From Candidatus Rariloculus sp. (GTDB lineage: Bacteria > Pseudomonadota > Gammaproteobacteria > Steroidobacterales > Rariloculaceae): a DNA stretch of 64,000 nt. The notes beneath the pieces were generated by a model, which saw only the letters and a list, made by a program, of their open reading frames with translations, was not told the origin of the DNA and did no database searches. Shown one piece after another: positions 1 to 9,672 of this stretch. The stretch is taken from the NCBI RefSeq assembly GCF_965263005.1, contig NZ_OZ253579.1:1991136-2055135 (forward strand), read 5' to 3'. A program made the position numbers and the translations under genes. The first letter of the stretch is position 1. Each line of letters opens with the position of its first letter.

Positions 1-1281
1 CAACATTTGCGGGATCGCCGTGATCACGAAGATCGGACCGACGCCGAGATCCCTCGCGATCATCGCGCCGCCGAGCGCCGGACCGATCATCGCACCGGCG
101 CGGCCCGCACCGTGCGCCCAGCTTATTCCCGTGGCCCGAATCTGCGACGGGTAGCTGATCGAGGCGAGCGCATTGATGCCGCTCAGTCCGCCGTTGGAGA
201 AGTAGCCGAAGACGAGAAAGGCAACGATGATCCAGCCGCCCCAGAGATCCACGAACATCACGGAGGCGGTTGCGAGCGAGGCACACGCAAGATAGACGGG
301 CAGAACGCGCGTCGGCCCGAATCTGTCCATGACGAAACCGCTCGTCAGCGTGCCGATGATGCCGGCGCTCGATTGAACGGCCATCAGGAGTGCGATCCGC
401 GTAAACGGCAAACCGCCGAATTCGTTGAGCACGGTCGTTTTCCACGCACCGAACAGGTTGCTGACGATGAATGCCATGTGAAAGCCCATCCAAAGCAGCA
501 GCGTCGTTGCCCATCTGCCCTCCTGGAACAGCGCAATCATCGGCAGCTTCCTCTTGGCCACCTTTTCTTCGCGCATCACGAAAGTTTCGGTGCCATCGAA
601 CTCGAGCGACCGATCGACGCGTTTCAGCATGCGCGGAATGCGCGGATCGGAGGGCTTGTTGTTCGCGAGGTATTGGAGCGATTCGGGCAGCGCGAAAAAA
701 AGCACGGCGAAGAGCAGCAGCGGCAGCACGCCGCCGACCACGAATGCGGCCTGCCAGCCGAAAGGCAGCAGCCATGCCTGGACGGACGAACCGATCAGTA
801 TGCCGCCCGTGTAGCCCGAAAACGCAATCGATACCGTGGTCGCCCTCAGTCGCGTCGGCATGATCTCCGAGACGAGCGCGATCACATTGGGGATGACGCC
901 GCTGAAGAAGATGCCGGCGATGAAACGCAACACGACGAGCTGCGGGATCGTCGTCGCATAGATCGTGACCAGGGTCAGCGAGCCGAAGATCACGAGACAC
1001 CAAAGCAGCGTCACCCGGCGTCCTATCCGGTCGGCGATGGGGCCGACGAGAAAATTGCCGAACAGCAAGCCAAGCTGCTGCATGATGAAGACGATCGTCA
1101 TCATTTCAGGCTCGACGCCGAGTCCGTCGGCAAGCGCGGGCAGGATGATCCCGATCAGAAAGATGTCGTAGCCATCGACCATCATCGTGACGATCAGGAG
1201 CGCGACGATCAGCACATGTGTGCGGCCGACCTTGCGGCCGTCGAGGAAGGCGTTGACGTCGAAAACGTTTTTGCCGGTCAT
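1..1281 (-). CDS. MFS transporter (aromatic-acid/H+ symporter-like); its 3' end lies beyond the left edge of the window
   Basis: Absent from the ORF track because it has no stop inside the window. My reverse-strand translation from ATG 1281-1279 reads MTGKNVFDVNAFLDGRKVGRTHVLIVALLIVTMMVDGYDIFLIG...GPIADRIGRRVTLL... It has 427 open codons down to position 1, alternating hydrophobic TM-like segments and the MFS loop motif D-R-x-G-R-R. The + strand ORF 7..1311 is its Arg/Asp/His-rich antisense shadow. Confidence 0.8.
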   Translation of the reverse strand, partial: MTGKNVFDVNAFLDGRKVGRTHVLIVALLIVTMMVDGYDIFLIGIILPALADGLGVEPEMMTIVFIMQQLGLLFGNFLVGPIADRIGRRVTLLWCLVIFGSLTLVTIYATTIPQLVVLRFIAGIFFSGVIPNVIALVSEIMPTRLRATTVSIAFSGYTGGILIGSSVQAWLLPFGWQAAFVVGGVLPLLLFAVLFFALPESLQYLANNKPSDPRIPRMLKRVDRSLEFDGTETFVMREEKVAKRKLPMIALFQEGRWATTLLLWMGFHMAFIVSNLFGAWKTTVLNEFGGLPFTRIALLMAVQSSAGIIGTLTSGFVMDRFGPTRVLPVYLACASLATASVMFVDLWGGWIIVAFLVFGYFSNGGLSGINALASISYPSQIRATGISWAHGAGRAGAMIGPALGGAMIARDLGVGPIFVITAIPQML

Positions 1282-1288
1282 GGTCACA

Positions 1289-2701
1289 TCAGTGCTTGCA
1301 GCGCGCGCTGACTGCGACGCGGGCGATCGGACGATTCCTCCCGCAGATCGATTGCGCCAGTTGCAATAGATCATGCGCCGCGTTGCCGCCCGCGCCGTCG
1401 CCGATCGATCGGCACCGACTCATCAGTTCTTCGGTCCTGCCGCCCGCCACAAGCTCGTTCGTCGCGGGACCGCTCGCCGAGAGGATGCGGTCGAGCTTGC
1501 CGCGCAGCGCTTGCCAGTCGAGCCGGCGAAGCCGGCTGCCGTGCGGGTCATGCACTTCGGCGTTCGATTCCTCCCCGCTGCGCCAGCGGATATCGACCCT
1601 GCTGCCCCAGCTCAGGGGAAACCGTTCGGTCAGCGAAGGGTCCGCCCGGACCTGGATTCTTGACACCAGTTGCGCAAATCGCGCATCGCTCGGCAGGGAT
1701 TCCCGCAGGACATCATAAAGTTGCGTGGGCTCGATCGCGGCCAGTGCGAGCTGATATTGAACGCCGATCATCGACTCGATACGTCCGCTGGGCAGTGCCG
1801 GCCGATCGACCATATCGCGGTATGCCGAAGGCACGTGGACGACGATCTGCTCGATATCGTCAATAGACCCAGGCAAGGGCAGCATTCGCTGCAGCGCCTC
1901 TGCGCTCGCGAGCGCCTGCCGCGAGGTCGGGAAAAGCTTCGTGTCGACGTCGAGAACTCTCCAGTCCGCGAGATCTTCGAGGACCACGGCTTCGTCGAGG
2001 TCCGTGCCGATCGCGGCAGCATATGCGTTGAGTACATTTGCGCTGACATCGACACCGGCGTGAGCCGCCAATGCAGCTCCGATGCCTTCGGCCGCCGCGC
2101 AACCGAGCGCATGGAAACGAAACGCGCTGCCGCCGTGCCGCGCACTCCAGAGCAGCGCCGAGCGCGCCAGCGCAAGCGCCAGCGCTCGGGCCGTTTGCGC
2201 TTCATCCATGTCGCGGAGCTTTGCAGTCACGGCGGCGGCGGCGAACGGCGCCGTGACGTAGCTCGGCCATACGCCGTCGTAGAGCACCCGGGCGCCGTCG
2301 ATCGCTCTGGCGAGGCGGATCATCGCATCGTAGCCGGCAATGACCGCGGCCGCGAGTTGCCGCTCGCCGGTTCCGGGCAGCGACGCCGCGACGGCGAGCG
2401 CAGACGGGACTACGACCGAGCCGACCGTCGCGCACGAGGCGACATCGATGTCGTCGATCTCTGTCGAGCGGGTCGCGCCGACGAGCAAACGCGCCGCCTC
2501 GGTCGCAGGGCAGGGTGCGTCGCTCGGCGTCATGCGTTCGTGAAGCCGGGTCAGCACTCGTCCTTCGGGGGTCGCGAGCCCGACGAGCGTTGCGCCGAGC
2601 GTATCGAACACCCTTTGCCTGACGGCCTCGATGACGTCCTCGCCGAGATCGGTGTAGCTGAGCCGAACGGCTTTCCTGGCAATCGCATCGATGACGGCCA
2701 C
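1289..2701 (-). CDS. MmgE/PrpD family protein (2-methylcitrate dehydratase-like fold)
   Basis: 470-aa ORF whose sequence pattern matches the MmgE/PrpD family by recall. It lies 6 nt after the upstream gene and 7 nt before the MFS start, so it looks like an operon member. Confidence 0.7.
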   Translation of the reverse strand: MAVIDAIARKAVRLSYTDLGEDVIEAVRQRVFDTLGATLVGLATPEGRVLTRLHERMTPSDAPCPATEAARLLVGATRSTEIDDIDVASCATVGSVVVPSALAVAASLPGTGERQLAAAVIAGYDAMIRLARAIDGARVLYDGVWPSYVTAPFAAAAVTAKLRDMDEAQTARALALALARSALLWSARHGGSAFRFHALGCAAAEGIGAALAAHAGVDVSANVLNAYAAAIGTDLDEAVVLEDLADWRVLDVDTKLFPTSRQALASAEALQRMLPLPGSIDDIEQIVVHVPSAYRDMVDRPALPSGRIESMIGVQYQLALAAIEPTQLYDVLRESLPSDARFAQLVSRIQVRADPSLTERFPLSWGSRVDIRWRSGEESNAEVHDPHGSRLRRLDWQALRGKLDRILSASGPATNELVAGGRTEELMSRCRSIGDGAGGNAAHDLLQLAQSICGRNRPIARVAVSARCKH

Positions 2702-2707
2702 GGCCTG

Positions 2708-3835
2708 CTAGGCAGGCCGCAGCCCGTCGACCGGATGCGCACCGTCGTCGTCCACGCGGACCAGCGTACCGGCGAACGACGGTCCGCCATCGTCCGCGAC
2801 GAGCGTGCGCAGCGTCAGGAGCGCATCCTGCGGCAGGACGTCGTCGCTATCCGGCCTGATCTCGATGCCCTCGTTGAGCGCGAGACCTGTTGTGCCGCCG
2901 AGCCCATAGCCGAGCGCGGAGTCGGCGGCAGCGGCCGGCAGCGCTCCGAGGGCCGCGGCCGCGATATCGCCGGCGCACGCGCCGGTCCGCACGGCGCCTC
3001 GCATCGCTTCTACGGCTTCGCCTGCGGCGCTCGCGGCGGGCCTCGGCCAAGTGGACGATGCTTCGGCCCAATAGCCCTGGTACTGCGCAGCGACCCACAG
3101 CAGGAGCGGCGCTTGCCGGCCGTCGAGACGGCCTTCGAACGGGCGCAGGCCGCCGCCGCTCATGTTTGCCAGCACGCGCACGTCGCGTGCCCTGCCGGCG
3201 CGCGCCACGCGCTCGGCTTCGAGCAGCGCCGCCGTGTTGTCGCCGCCGTCTGCAAACCTGCGCTCGGCCGCTTCGACAGCGTCGTCGACGATCCCCTTCG
3301 CGATCCGCACGGCCATGAGTTCACGGGGACGCTTACGAGCCCGCAAGGCGCGCAATTCCGCGTCGAATGGCCGAAGCACGTAGTCGCCGAGCACTTCGGC
3401 CAAGCGGGCCGCCGCGCTTTCGGGCATGCCGCCCGTGCCCACGGTGCCGATCGCGCCGCCTGCGATCCCGCCGGCCTGCAGGCGGTCGCGCACGACGCCG
3501 AACGTATCGCCGCGGCCCGCAACGACGTCGCTGAGCCAGGTCTGCCTGCGCAGAAAGGAAAGCTCGCGGCCGCCGCCGAAGCTGACGAGCACGGGATCGG
3601 CATCGTGCGTCAGCAACAGCACGCCCCCTGACTGCAGGCCGGCGAGATAGGCCAGATCCGCGTAATCGAACATCGCGCCGAGCAGGCTGTAGTTGACGAC
3701 GACGAGTCCGTCGAGACCCTGTTGGCGCAGCGCCGCGCGGACGTTCGCGATGCGTTCGTCGTACTCGTCCAGCGGCAGAACGTGCCCGTCCCAGGCCGTG
3801 TAGCCTCGTTTGAGCACGGGTTCCATGTTGATCAT
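2708..3835 (-). CDS. Creatinase/prolidase-like (degenerate M24 fold) protein
   Basis: 375-aa ORF with a creatinase-N-like N-terminal half and a Gly/Ala-rich C-terminal half. The canonical M24 metal ligands are not evident. It sits 13 nt downstream of the preceding M24 gene. Confidence 0.5.
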   Translation of the reverse strand: MINMEPVLKRGYTAWDGHVLPLDEYDERIANVRAALRQQGLDGLVVVNYSLLGAMFDYADLAYLAGLQSGGVLLLTHDADPVLVSFGGGRELSFLRRQTWLSDVVAGRGDTFGVVRDRLQAGGIAGGAIGTVGTGGMPESAAARLAEVLGDYVLRPFDAELRALRARKRPRELMAVRIAKGIVDDAVEAAERRFADGGDNTAALLEAERVARAGRARDVRVLANMSGGGLRPFEGRLDGRQAPLLLWVAAQYQGYWAEASSTWPRPAASAAGEAVEAMRGAVRTGACAGDIAAAALGALPAAAADSALGYGLGGTTGLALNEGIEIRPDSDDVLPQDALLTLRTLVADDGGPSFAGTLVRVDDDGAHPVDGLRPA

Positions 3836-3848
3836 CGGCAGTGCTCCT

Positions 3849-5009
3849 TCAAACGATGGATCCCAACGTGCCCATCTTGCCGGTCAACGGCACGGCGCCT
3901 TCCTCGGTGATGATCACGGGCTCGCCGCACATCAGGTATCCCGTTTCGGGGATGTACTGGTTCGGATGCATGACGAAGACCATGTTGGTGTGCATGAAGT
4001 GGGCGTGACCCGGCATGAGCTCCGGTTCCATGGAGCCGAGTCCCATGCTGTGGCCGCGCGTGCGCATGTACGGCGGTTTCGTGTAGCGCTCGTATCCGGC
4101 AGCGGCGATCGGTTCGTTGATGGCCGCGACGATCTCGGTCACCGACGTGCCGGGCGTCGCGGCGCGCAGGCCCCCGCGCAGCGCCGTATCGAGCAGCGCA
4201 AACTTCTCAAGCTGCAGCGCGCTCGGCTTGCCGAACACGGTCGTGCGGCAGATCTGAACGAACTCGCCCTCGACGGCCGGCGTGATCTCCGCGAGCATGA
4301 CGTCGCCGTGCCCAAGTATCCGGTTGGTCGGAAAATGCCCGGCCTGATTGCGCTGCGAGGCCGACAACAGCTGGAAATTGTCCTCGGCGCCGAGTTCCCG
4401 CATGAAGACTTCGAGGTCGGCTGCGATTATGTATTCGGGCATGCCGGGTCTCGCCGTTGCGAGCAGATTGGCATAACCGCGTTCGGCGATGCCCGCCGCG
4501 CGCCGCACGCACAGAAGCGACCATTCGTCGCGAATCTTGGCCGTGTCGCTGATGAGTTTCTCGGCGCTTAGCGGTGCCTGGCCGAGCAGCCCTTCCCAGG
4601 CCGCGCTCGTCTCTCGTGGCTGTAGCTGGCCTCCGGCGACCGCGACGCGCTTGCCGAGCAGGCCGCGCTTGCGTAGTTCGCCCGCGACGGTGTCGAGGAA
4701 ATCTTCGGGCGCCACCGCGATCGACTCCATCGTCGCGCGCTCGAGATAGCGCGCGTGATCCCACCGCGGTGTGAGCACGAGCGCGGGGTCGCCGTCGATC
4801 GGCAGGATCACTGCCGCGTGGGGACCGATTTGCTTGAAGCCCGCGAGATACCATGCCGGATTGGTCCCGGTAAACGCATGGAGCCCCGAACCGTAGGCGA
4901 TCAATACTTCGATGCCGTCCTGCTGCATGAGGCCGCGGACGGCCGCGTGACGCCGGTGGAGACTTTCCCGCCGCACGGCCGCGTCGGCTGCCGCAAGGTT
5001 CGCTGTCAT
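3849..5009 (-). CDS. M24 family (Xaa-Pro peptidase/creatinase-like) hydrolase
   Basis: 386-aa ORF with pita-bread signatures (GDVMLAEIT...FVQICRT, TRGHSMGLGSMEP, VFVMHPNQY...GEPVIITEEG). Its start overlaps the hyuB stop (ATGA at 5006-5009). Confidence 0.75.
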   Translation of the reverse strand: MTANLAAADAAVRRESLHRRHAAVRGLMQQDGIEVLIAYGSGLHAFTGTNPAWYLAGFKQIGPHAAVILPIDGDPALVLTPRWDHARYLERATMESIAVAPEDFLDTVAGELRKRGLLGKRVAVAGGQLQPRETSAAWEGLLGQAPLSAEKLISDTAKIRDEWSLLCVRRAAGIAERGYANLLATARPGMPEYIIAADLEVFMRELGAEDNFQLLSASQRNQAGHFPTNRILGHGDVMLAEITPAVEGEFVQICRTTVFGKPSALQLEKFALLDTALRGGLRAATPGTSVTEIVAAINEPIAAAGYERYTKPPYMRTRGHSMGLGSMEPELMPGHAHFMHTNMVFVMHPNQYIPETGYLMCGEPVIITEEGAVPLTGKMGTLGSIV

Positions 5010-6784
5010 TGCCGAATTGCTCCCTTGCGCAGCCGAGCGCGCAGTTCGTTTGTGGCGGCCAGGTCGATGTCCCCATTGCCGGCCGACAACACGACACCGT
5101 AGTCGTCGCGCGCGCTCTCGGCCGACACGTAAGCTTCGCGGACGTCCCGCAGTATACGCTCAGGATCGCGATCCAATGGGTCGCCCCAGCCGCCGCCGCC
5201 CGCGGTCATGTAGGCGACGCGAGTATCCGCGGGCCACACCGGCCGCTGGTCGGCGGATTCGTGGAATTCGTCGTCGCCGGGTGCCTTGACGAGCGTTGCG
5301 GCGATTTGTCCGGGCTTCCCGCCGGCGAGACCCCAGGGCGGACAGCTCACGCGGCCGCCTGATCCGCTCGCAACGTTCAAGCGGCCCGAAACCAGGCTCC
5401 GTATTCGCGTGTGCACGCCGAGGCCGCCCCGAAATTGCCCCGGACCGCCCGAATCCGGGCGCACGGCGCGCTCCTCGACGAGCACTGGACCCTTGAGTTC
5501 GATGTTCTCGATCGGTGCATTTCGGACGTCACCCTGACACACTGACATCGAGGCGTCCTGACCGTCGGCATCGCAGCGTCCGCCCCAGCCTCCGGACTCG
5601 ATGCTCATGACGACGAAGCTCTTGTTGCGGGCCGGATCACGTCCCGAGAACGACAGGGCCGCGCCAAGCGAGCCGCTGTGTGCGGCCGGGATCCGCTCCG
5701 GGATTGCTTTGGCGAGCGCGAGCAGGATCGTGTCGACGACAGTCGGCAGCGGCATGCTCCAGCCCGACATGTAGGCCGGGTAGCGCGCCATCATCATGTT
5801 GCCTTCCGGGATGATTACCTTGAGCGCCGAGAACGCGCCTTCGTTCAGCGGTTCGAGTGGCGTCGTGATCGCCTTGTAGGCGATATAGGCACCGGCAAAG
5901 GTGCGCGAGTTCGCGCCGCCCTCGCGCTCGGGAGAGCAGCCGGACAGGTCAATCGTCATGTCGCTGCCGCTGACCGTCAGTTCCACCTTGATGTCGTAGC
6001 GGCCATCGCGCCAGTCGATGTGGCTCGCGGCCCGGTAGACGCCGTCGGGGATCTCAGCGACCGCGGCGCGGCACTTGGCCTCCGTTTCGGAATAAAACGC
6101 CTGGATCGCGTCGAGCACAACGCTCTTGCCGTAGCGGTCGAGCAGTTCCTTGAAGCGGCGCTCGCCCAGACGGCAGGCGGCGAGCTGCGAGCGCATATCG
6201 CCCATCGCGTTGTCCGGAAAGCGGATGTTGTCGCGGATCAGGCGCAGCAGCTTCTCGTCGAGCACGCCGCCCTCGTAGAGCTTGATCTGATCGAGCTGCA
6301 GCCCTTCGCTCCAGGGATCGTAGGCGCGCCAGCCCGCGCCGAAGCCTGTCGAAAGCCCGCCGACGTCGACCCAGTGCGCGCGCACCATCGCAAACGCGAG
6401 CAGCTCGCCTTCGTAGAACATCGGCGTATAGACGACGACGTTGTTCAGATGCTGGCCCGCGGTCGCCTGATGGTTGTGCAGCAGCACATCGCCCGGCGCG
6501 AAGCCGTCGCGGCCGTAGCGCGCGACCGCGTCAATGACGATGACGCCGAGGTCGGCGACGAAGTGCGAGACGCCGCCGATGTTCTGCGAGATCAGCGCGC
6601 CATCGGCGTCGAGCAGCGCCGTGCAATAGTCACGAACCTCGTAGATCATCATGTTGTACGAAGTGCGCTGCAGATCGACGCTCATCTCGTCGGAGATCGC
6701 GGGCAGTGCGTTGCGGATGACCTCGAGCGTCACGGGATCCAGCGACCCCTGCCGTTGCGCTGTCTTCAGGGAGCTCAAGTTCAT
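5006..6784 (-). CDS. hyuB: Hydantoinase B/oxoprolinase family protein (N-methylhydantoinase B-like)
   Basis: 592-aa ORF with the typical HyuB pattern (DPVTLEVIRNAL...SYNMMIYEVRDY...GGGGWGDP). It is translationally coupled on both sides by 4-nt overlaps. Confidence 0.9.
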   Translation of the reverse strand: MNLSSLKTAQRQGSLDPVTLEVIRNALPAISDEMSVDLQRTSYNMMIYEVRDYCTALLDADGALISQNIGGVSHFVADLGVIVIDAVARYGRDGFAPGDVLLHNHQATAGQHLNNVVVYTPMFYEGELLAFAMVRAHWVDVGGLSTGFGAGWRAYDPWSEGLQLDQIKLYEGGVLDEKLLRLIRDNIRFPDNAMGDMRSQLAACRLGERRFKELLDRYGKSVVLDAIQAFYSETEAKCRAAVAEIPDGVYRAASHIDWRDGRYDIKVELTVSGSDMTIDLSGCSPEREGGANSRTFAGAYIAYKAITTPLEPLNEGAFSALKVIIPEGNMMMARYPAYMSGWSMPLPTVVDTILLALAKAIPERIPAAHSGSLGAALSFSGRDPARNKSFVVMSIESGGWGGRCDADGQDASMSVCQGDVRNAPIENIELKGPVLVEERAVRPDSGGPGQFRGGLGVHTRIRSLVSGRLNVASGSGGRVSCPPWGLAGGKPGQIAATLVKAPGDDEFHESADQRPVWPADTRVAYMTAGGGGWGDPLDRDPERILRDVREAYVSAESARDDYGVVLSAGNGDIDLAATNELRARLRKGAIRQ

Positions 6785-8856
6785 GCGTCCTGTGCCACCT
6801 TGACGATCATTTCTCCGGTCGGCGCGATACGTGCGTTGTCGCCGTCAAACAATACCGTGGTCGAGGCGTATTCTTCCACAACGCAGGGGCCTGATATCCG
6901 CGCGCCGGGAGCCAGCAGCTCGCGCTTGTAGACGGGACAGTCGGCGGCGTTGGCGGCGTCGACCAGGTAGATGCGCCGCGTGCCGGCCACGGCGTCCCCG
7001 GCGGTGCCCTCGAGTGACGGCAAGGCTATCGCCGGCCGGGCGCCCACGGCCGTCAGCCTGAGGTTGACGTGCTCGAGCGGCTCGTCGGGTGCGGCATGGC
7101 CGAAGCGATGGTCGTGGATTTCCGTGAACCTGCGATGGATCGCTTCGCCGTCCGCGTTGCGGATCTCGTCTTCCGAGACCGGGATCTGCAACCAGAATTC
7201 CTGCCCGACGTAGCGCAGGTCCATCCAGCGTCGATAACTGCGCGCGTCTTCCTCGACGCCGGCGTTCGCGAGCGTATCGCTGCCCGCGGCCAGCAGCTCG
7301 CCGTAGATCCCTTCGATCTGCGCGTAGTCGGCCTCGATCAGCGGACCGTAGTGCGTGCGGACGTAGTCGTGCCTCACGTCGGCCATGAGCATGCCCAGCG
7401 CGGAGAAGTGCGCCGGCAGATTCGGCACGATGACGGTCGGTATTCCCAGGTCCCGCGCGATCTCGACGGCATGGAGCGGTCCTGCGCCGCCCATTGCGAC
7501 GAGCGCGAAGTCACGCGGATCGTAGCCGCGCTGGACCGATACGCCGCGCACGGCAAGCGACATCTTGGCGGCTGCGATCTTGACGATGCCGTGGGCGGTC
7601 TCGACCGGATTCATGCCGAGCTGCCCGCCGAGTTCGGCGTCGAGGCCCAGTTTCGCAGCGGCCTCGTCAAGCCGCATCTCGCCGCCGAGGAAGCTCTCGG
7701 CGCCGATTCGGCCGAGCACGACGTTCGCGTCGGTGACCGTCGGCACGGCGCCGCCGCGGCGATAGCAGATGGGTCCGGGGTGCGAGCCCGCGCTTCGCGG
7801 CCCGATCTTGAGCGCTCCGACGTCGTCGATCCAGGCGATACTGCCGCCGCCCGCCCCGACCTCGACGATATCGACGACCGGAAACATCACGGGGTGGCCG
7901 CTTGCATAGCCGCCGATGTGATAACCCTGGGCGACCGAGATCTCGCCGTCCTTGATCAGGCTTGTCTTGGCGGTCGTGCCGCCCATATCGAAAGTGATGA
8001 CGTTGCCGAAGCCGAGTCGCGTTCCGAGCTCGGCAGCCGCGATAACGCCGCCGACCGGGCCGGATTCCATCATCGCGACGGGCAGCTTCCTCGCGGTTTG
8101 CGGCGACATGGCGCCGCCGTTGGACTGCATTATCAGCAAGCGGCCGCTGAACGCGTCGGCCTCGAGGCGCTCCTGCATTCGGCCGATATACGCGCTCGTC
8201 TTCGGTCCGATGTAGGCGTTCATGACGGTCGTCGACGTGCGCTCGTACTCGCGATACTCTCGCACGATCTCGTGCGAAAGCGACAGGTAAGCGCCATTCA
8301 ACGCGGCGCGAAGCTGCTCGCCGAGTTGGATTTCGTGGCAGGGATCGCCATACGAGTGAAGCAGGCAGACGGCGACGGCTTCTGCGCCCGAATCCCGGAC
8401 TGCTTCGGCCACCGCGGCCGCGTCTTCGGGGCTCAGTTCGACGAGCCGCTCGCCGGTGGCCGAAAGACGCTCGTTGACCTCGAAGGTCCGTGAGCGCGGA
8501 ACCAGTGGGACGGGACGCGCGAAACTGAAGTTGTAGGCCTCGGGCCGGTTCTGCCGGCCGATCTTGTAGACGTCGCGCGTCCCTTTAGTAACGACGAGCG
8601 CGGTTTCGGCGCCTTTTTGCTCGATCGCGATATTGATTGCGATCGTCGATCCATGGACGATGTGCTCGGCGGCGCTCGGCGCTATCGCGCTCTTCGCGAG
8701 ACAATCCCAGACGCCCTGCGACAGGTCGCCGGATGTCGTCAGCGACTTCGCCTGCACAACCCGGCCCGAGCCGGTCTCGAACGCCACGAGGTCCGTGAAC
8801 GTACCGCCGATGTCCACACCGATGTGATATGTGGGTGTCGAAGAAGGCATATGCAT
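6781..8856 (-). CDS. hyuA: Hydantoinase A/oxoprolinase family protein (N-methylhydantoinase A-like)
   Basis: 691-aa ORF with the N-terminal sugar-kinase/actin-fold motif YHIGVDIGGTFTDLV and an internal DMGGTTAK motif. An ATGA overlap with hyuB lies at 6781-6784. Confidence 0.9.
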   Translation of the reverse strand: MHMPSSTPTYHIGVDIGGTFTDLVAFETGSGRVVQAKSLTTSGDLSQGVWDCLAKSAIAPSAAEHIVHGSTIAINIAIEQKGAETALVVTKGTRDVYKIGRQNRPEAYNFSFARPVPLVPRSRTFEVNERLSATGERLVELSPEDAAAVAEAVRDSGAEAVAVCLLHSYGDPCHEIQLGEQLRAALNGAYLSLSHEIVREYREYERTSTTVMNAYIGPKTSAYIGRMQERLEADAFSGRLLIMQSNGGAMSPQTARKLPVAMMESGPVGGVIAAAELGTRLGFGNVITFDMGGTTAKTSLIKDGEISVAQGYHIGGYASGHPVMFPVVDIVEVGAGGGSIAWIDDVGALKIGPRSAGSHPGPICYRRGGAVPTVTDANVVLGRIGAESFLGGEMRLDEAAAKLGLDAELGGQLGMNPVETAHGIVKIAAAKMSLAVRGVSVQRGYDPRDFALVAMGGAGPLHAVEIARDLGIPTVIVPNLPAHFSALGMLMADVRHDYVRTHYGPLIEADYAQIEGIYGELLAAGSDTLANAGVEEDARSYRRWMDLRYVGQEFWLQIPVSEDEIRNADGEAIHRRFTEIHDHRFGHAAPDEPLEHVNLRLTAVGARPAIALPSLEGTAGDAVAGTRRIYLVDAANAADCPVYKRELLAPGARISGPCVVEEYASTTVLFDGDNARIAPTGEMIVKVAQDA

Positions 8857-9000
8857 CTGTCTTGTCCGGAGCGCGCAGGTACCGGCTGCAACCGTGGCTA
8901 CTGAATCATCTCGTTAGGCAAACGGCACCATTCGGCTGCGTTTTTCCACGCTCCGTGTTGAGGTGCCGACTGTCGGGATCGACGGAAGAAGCGCCCGGCG

Positions 9001-9417
9001 CTATTGGCCCAGGTAGTCCTCGTCGCTGACCGGTTCGAACCAACTCGTCTCGCCGCTCGAAATCGTGAGCTGCACGAGGTATGAGTCAGGCGCCGCGCCG
9101 TGCCAGTGCACGACGCCGCGCGGGGCAAAGTGCGCGACGCCAGGCAGCATCTCCTGCAACGGTTCGCCGCGTTTCTGGGTACGCCCGCGTCCTTCCTCGG
9201 CCATGATGACCTGGAAGTTCCCGTGACTGTGCCAGTTCGATCGCGATCCCGCCTCGAAGCGCAGTTCCGAGGTGCGGACGTTTGACGTGGCCGATCGGGT
9301 CGGGTCGCCGCCGACGAAGTTGCTCTGCGACTGCGCCCGGCCGAGGAACAGGACCCCGAGGCCGGCGATGATCAGAACCAGCATCGACAGAAGCCGTGGG
9401 CGGGTGTACTCCATCAT
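9001..9417 (-). CDS. Cupin-domain protein with N-terminal signal/anchor
   Basis: 138-aa ORF with a hydrophobic N-terminus (LLSMLVLIIAGLGVLFLG) and cupin His motifs (NWHSHGNFQ...VVHWHGA). Confidence 0.7.
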   Translation of the reverse strand: MMEYTRPRLLSMLVLIIAGLGVLFLGRAQSQSNFVGGDPTRSATSNVRTSELRFEAGSRSNWHSHGNFQVIMAEEGRGRTQKRGEPLQEMLPGVAHFAPRGVVHWHGAAPDSYLVQLTISSGETSWFEPVSDEDYLGQ

Positions 9418-9672
9418 GCCGTTTCTCCGGTGTCATGCAGATGTATGGCTGGCACTCTATCGCGCGGCTTGACGATGATCAAGGCGGCGGCGCGGCGCTG
9501 GAAGTGCGTCTGGGTCGTCGCGGCATTCCAGCGATCGACAGCCATGCGAAGGATCAACGCATAGGCAAGGCAGCGGCCCGGCCGAGGCGCGCCGGGGCGA
9601 GACACGCAGAGGGGCCGTCCCGGAGCCTGGTGCTATCATCCGCACCGTGGGGAATCCGAGTCCTTGAGAGCG

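Noticed and set aside
7-1311. 434-aa + strand ORF (MRDRRDHEDRTDAEIPRDHRAAERR...)
   Set aside because: Its Arg/Asp/His-rich, low-complexity composition is typical of an antisense frame in high-GC DNA. The opposite strand encodes a clean MFS transporter over the same span.
1670-3631. 653-aa + strand ORF spanning the PrpD and M24-like genes
   Set aside because: It is an antisense shadow: Arg-rich with no recognisable domains. The minus-strand ORFs have family-like sequences and operon-style junctions.
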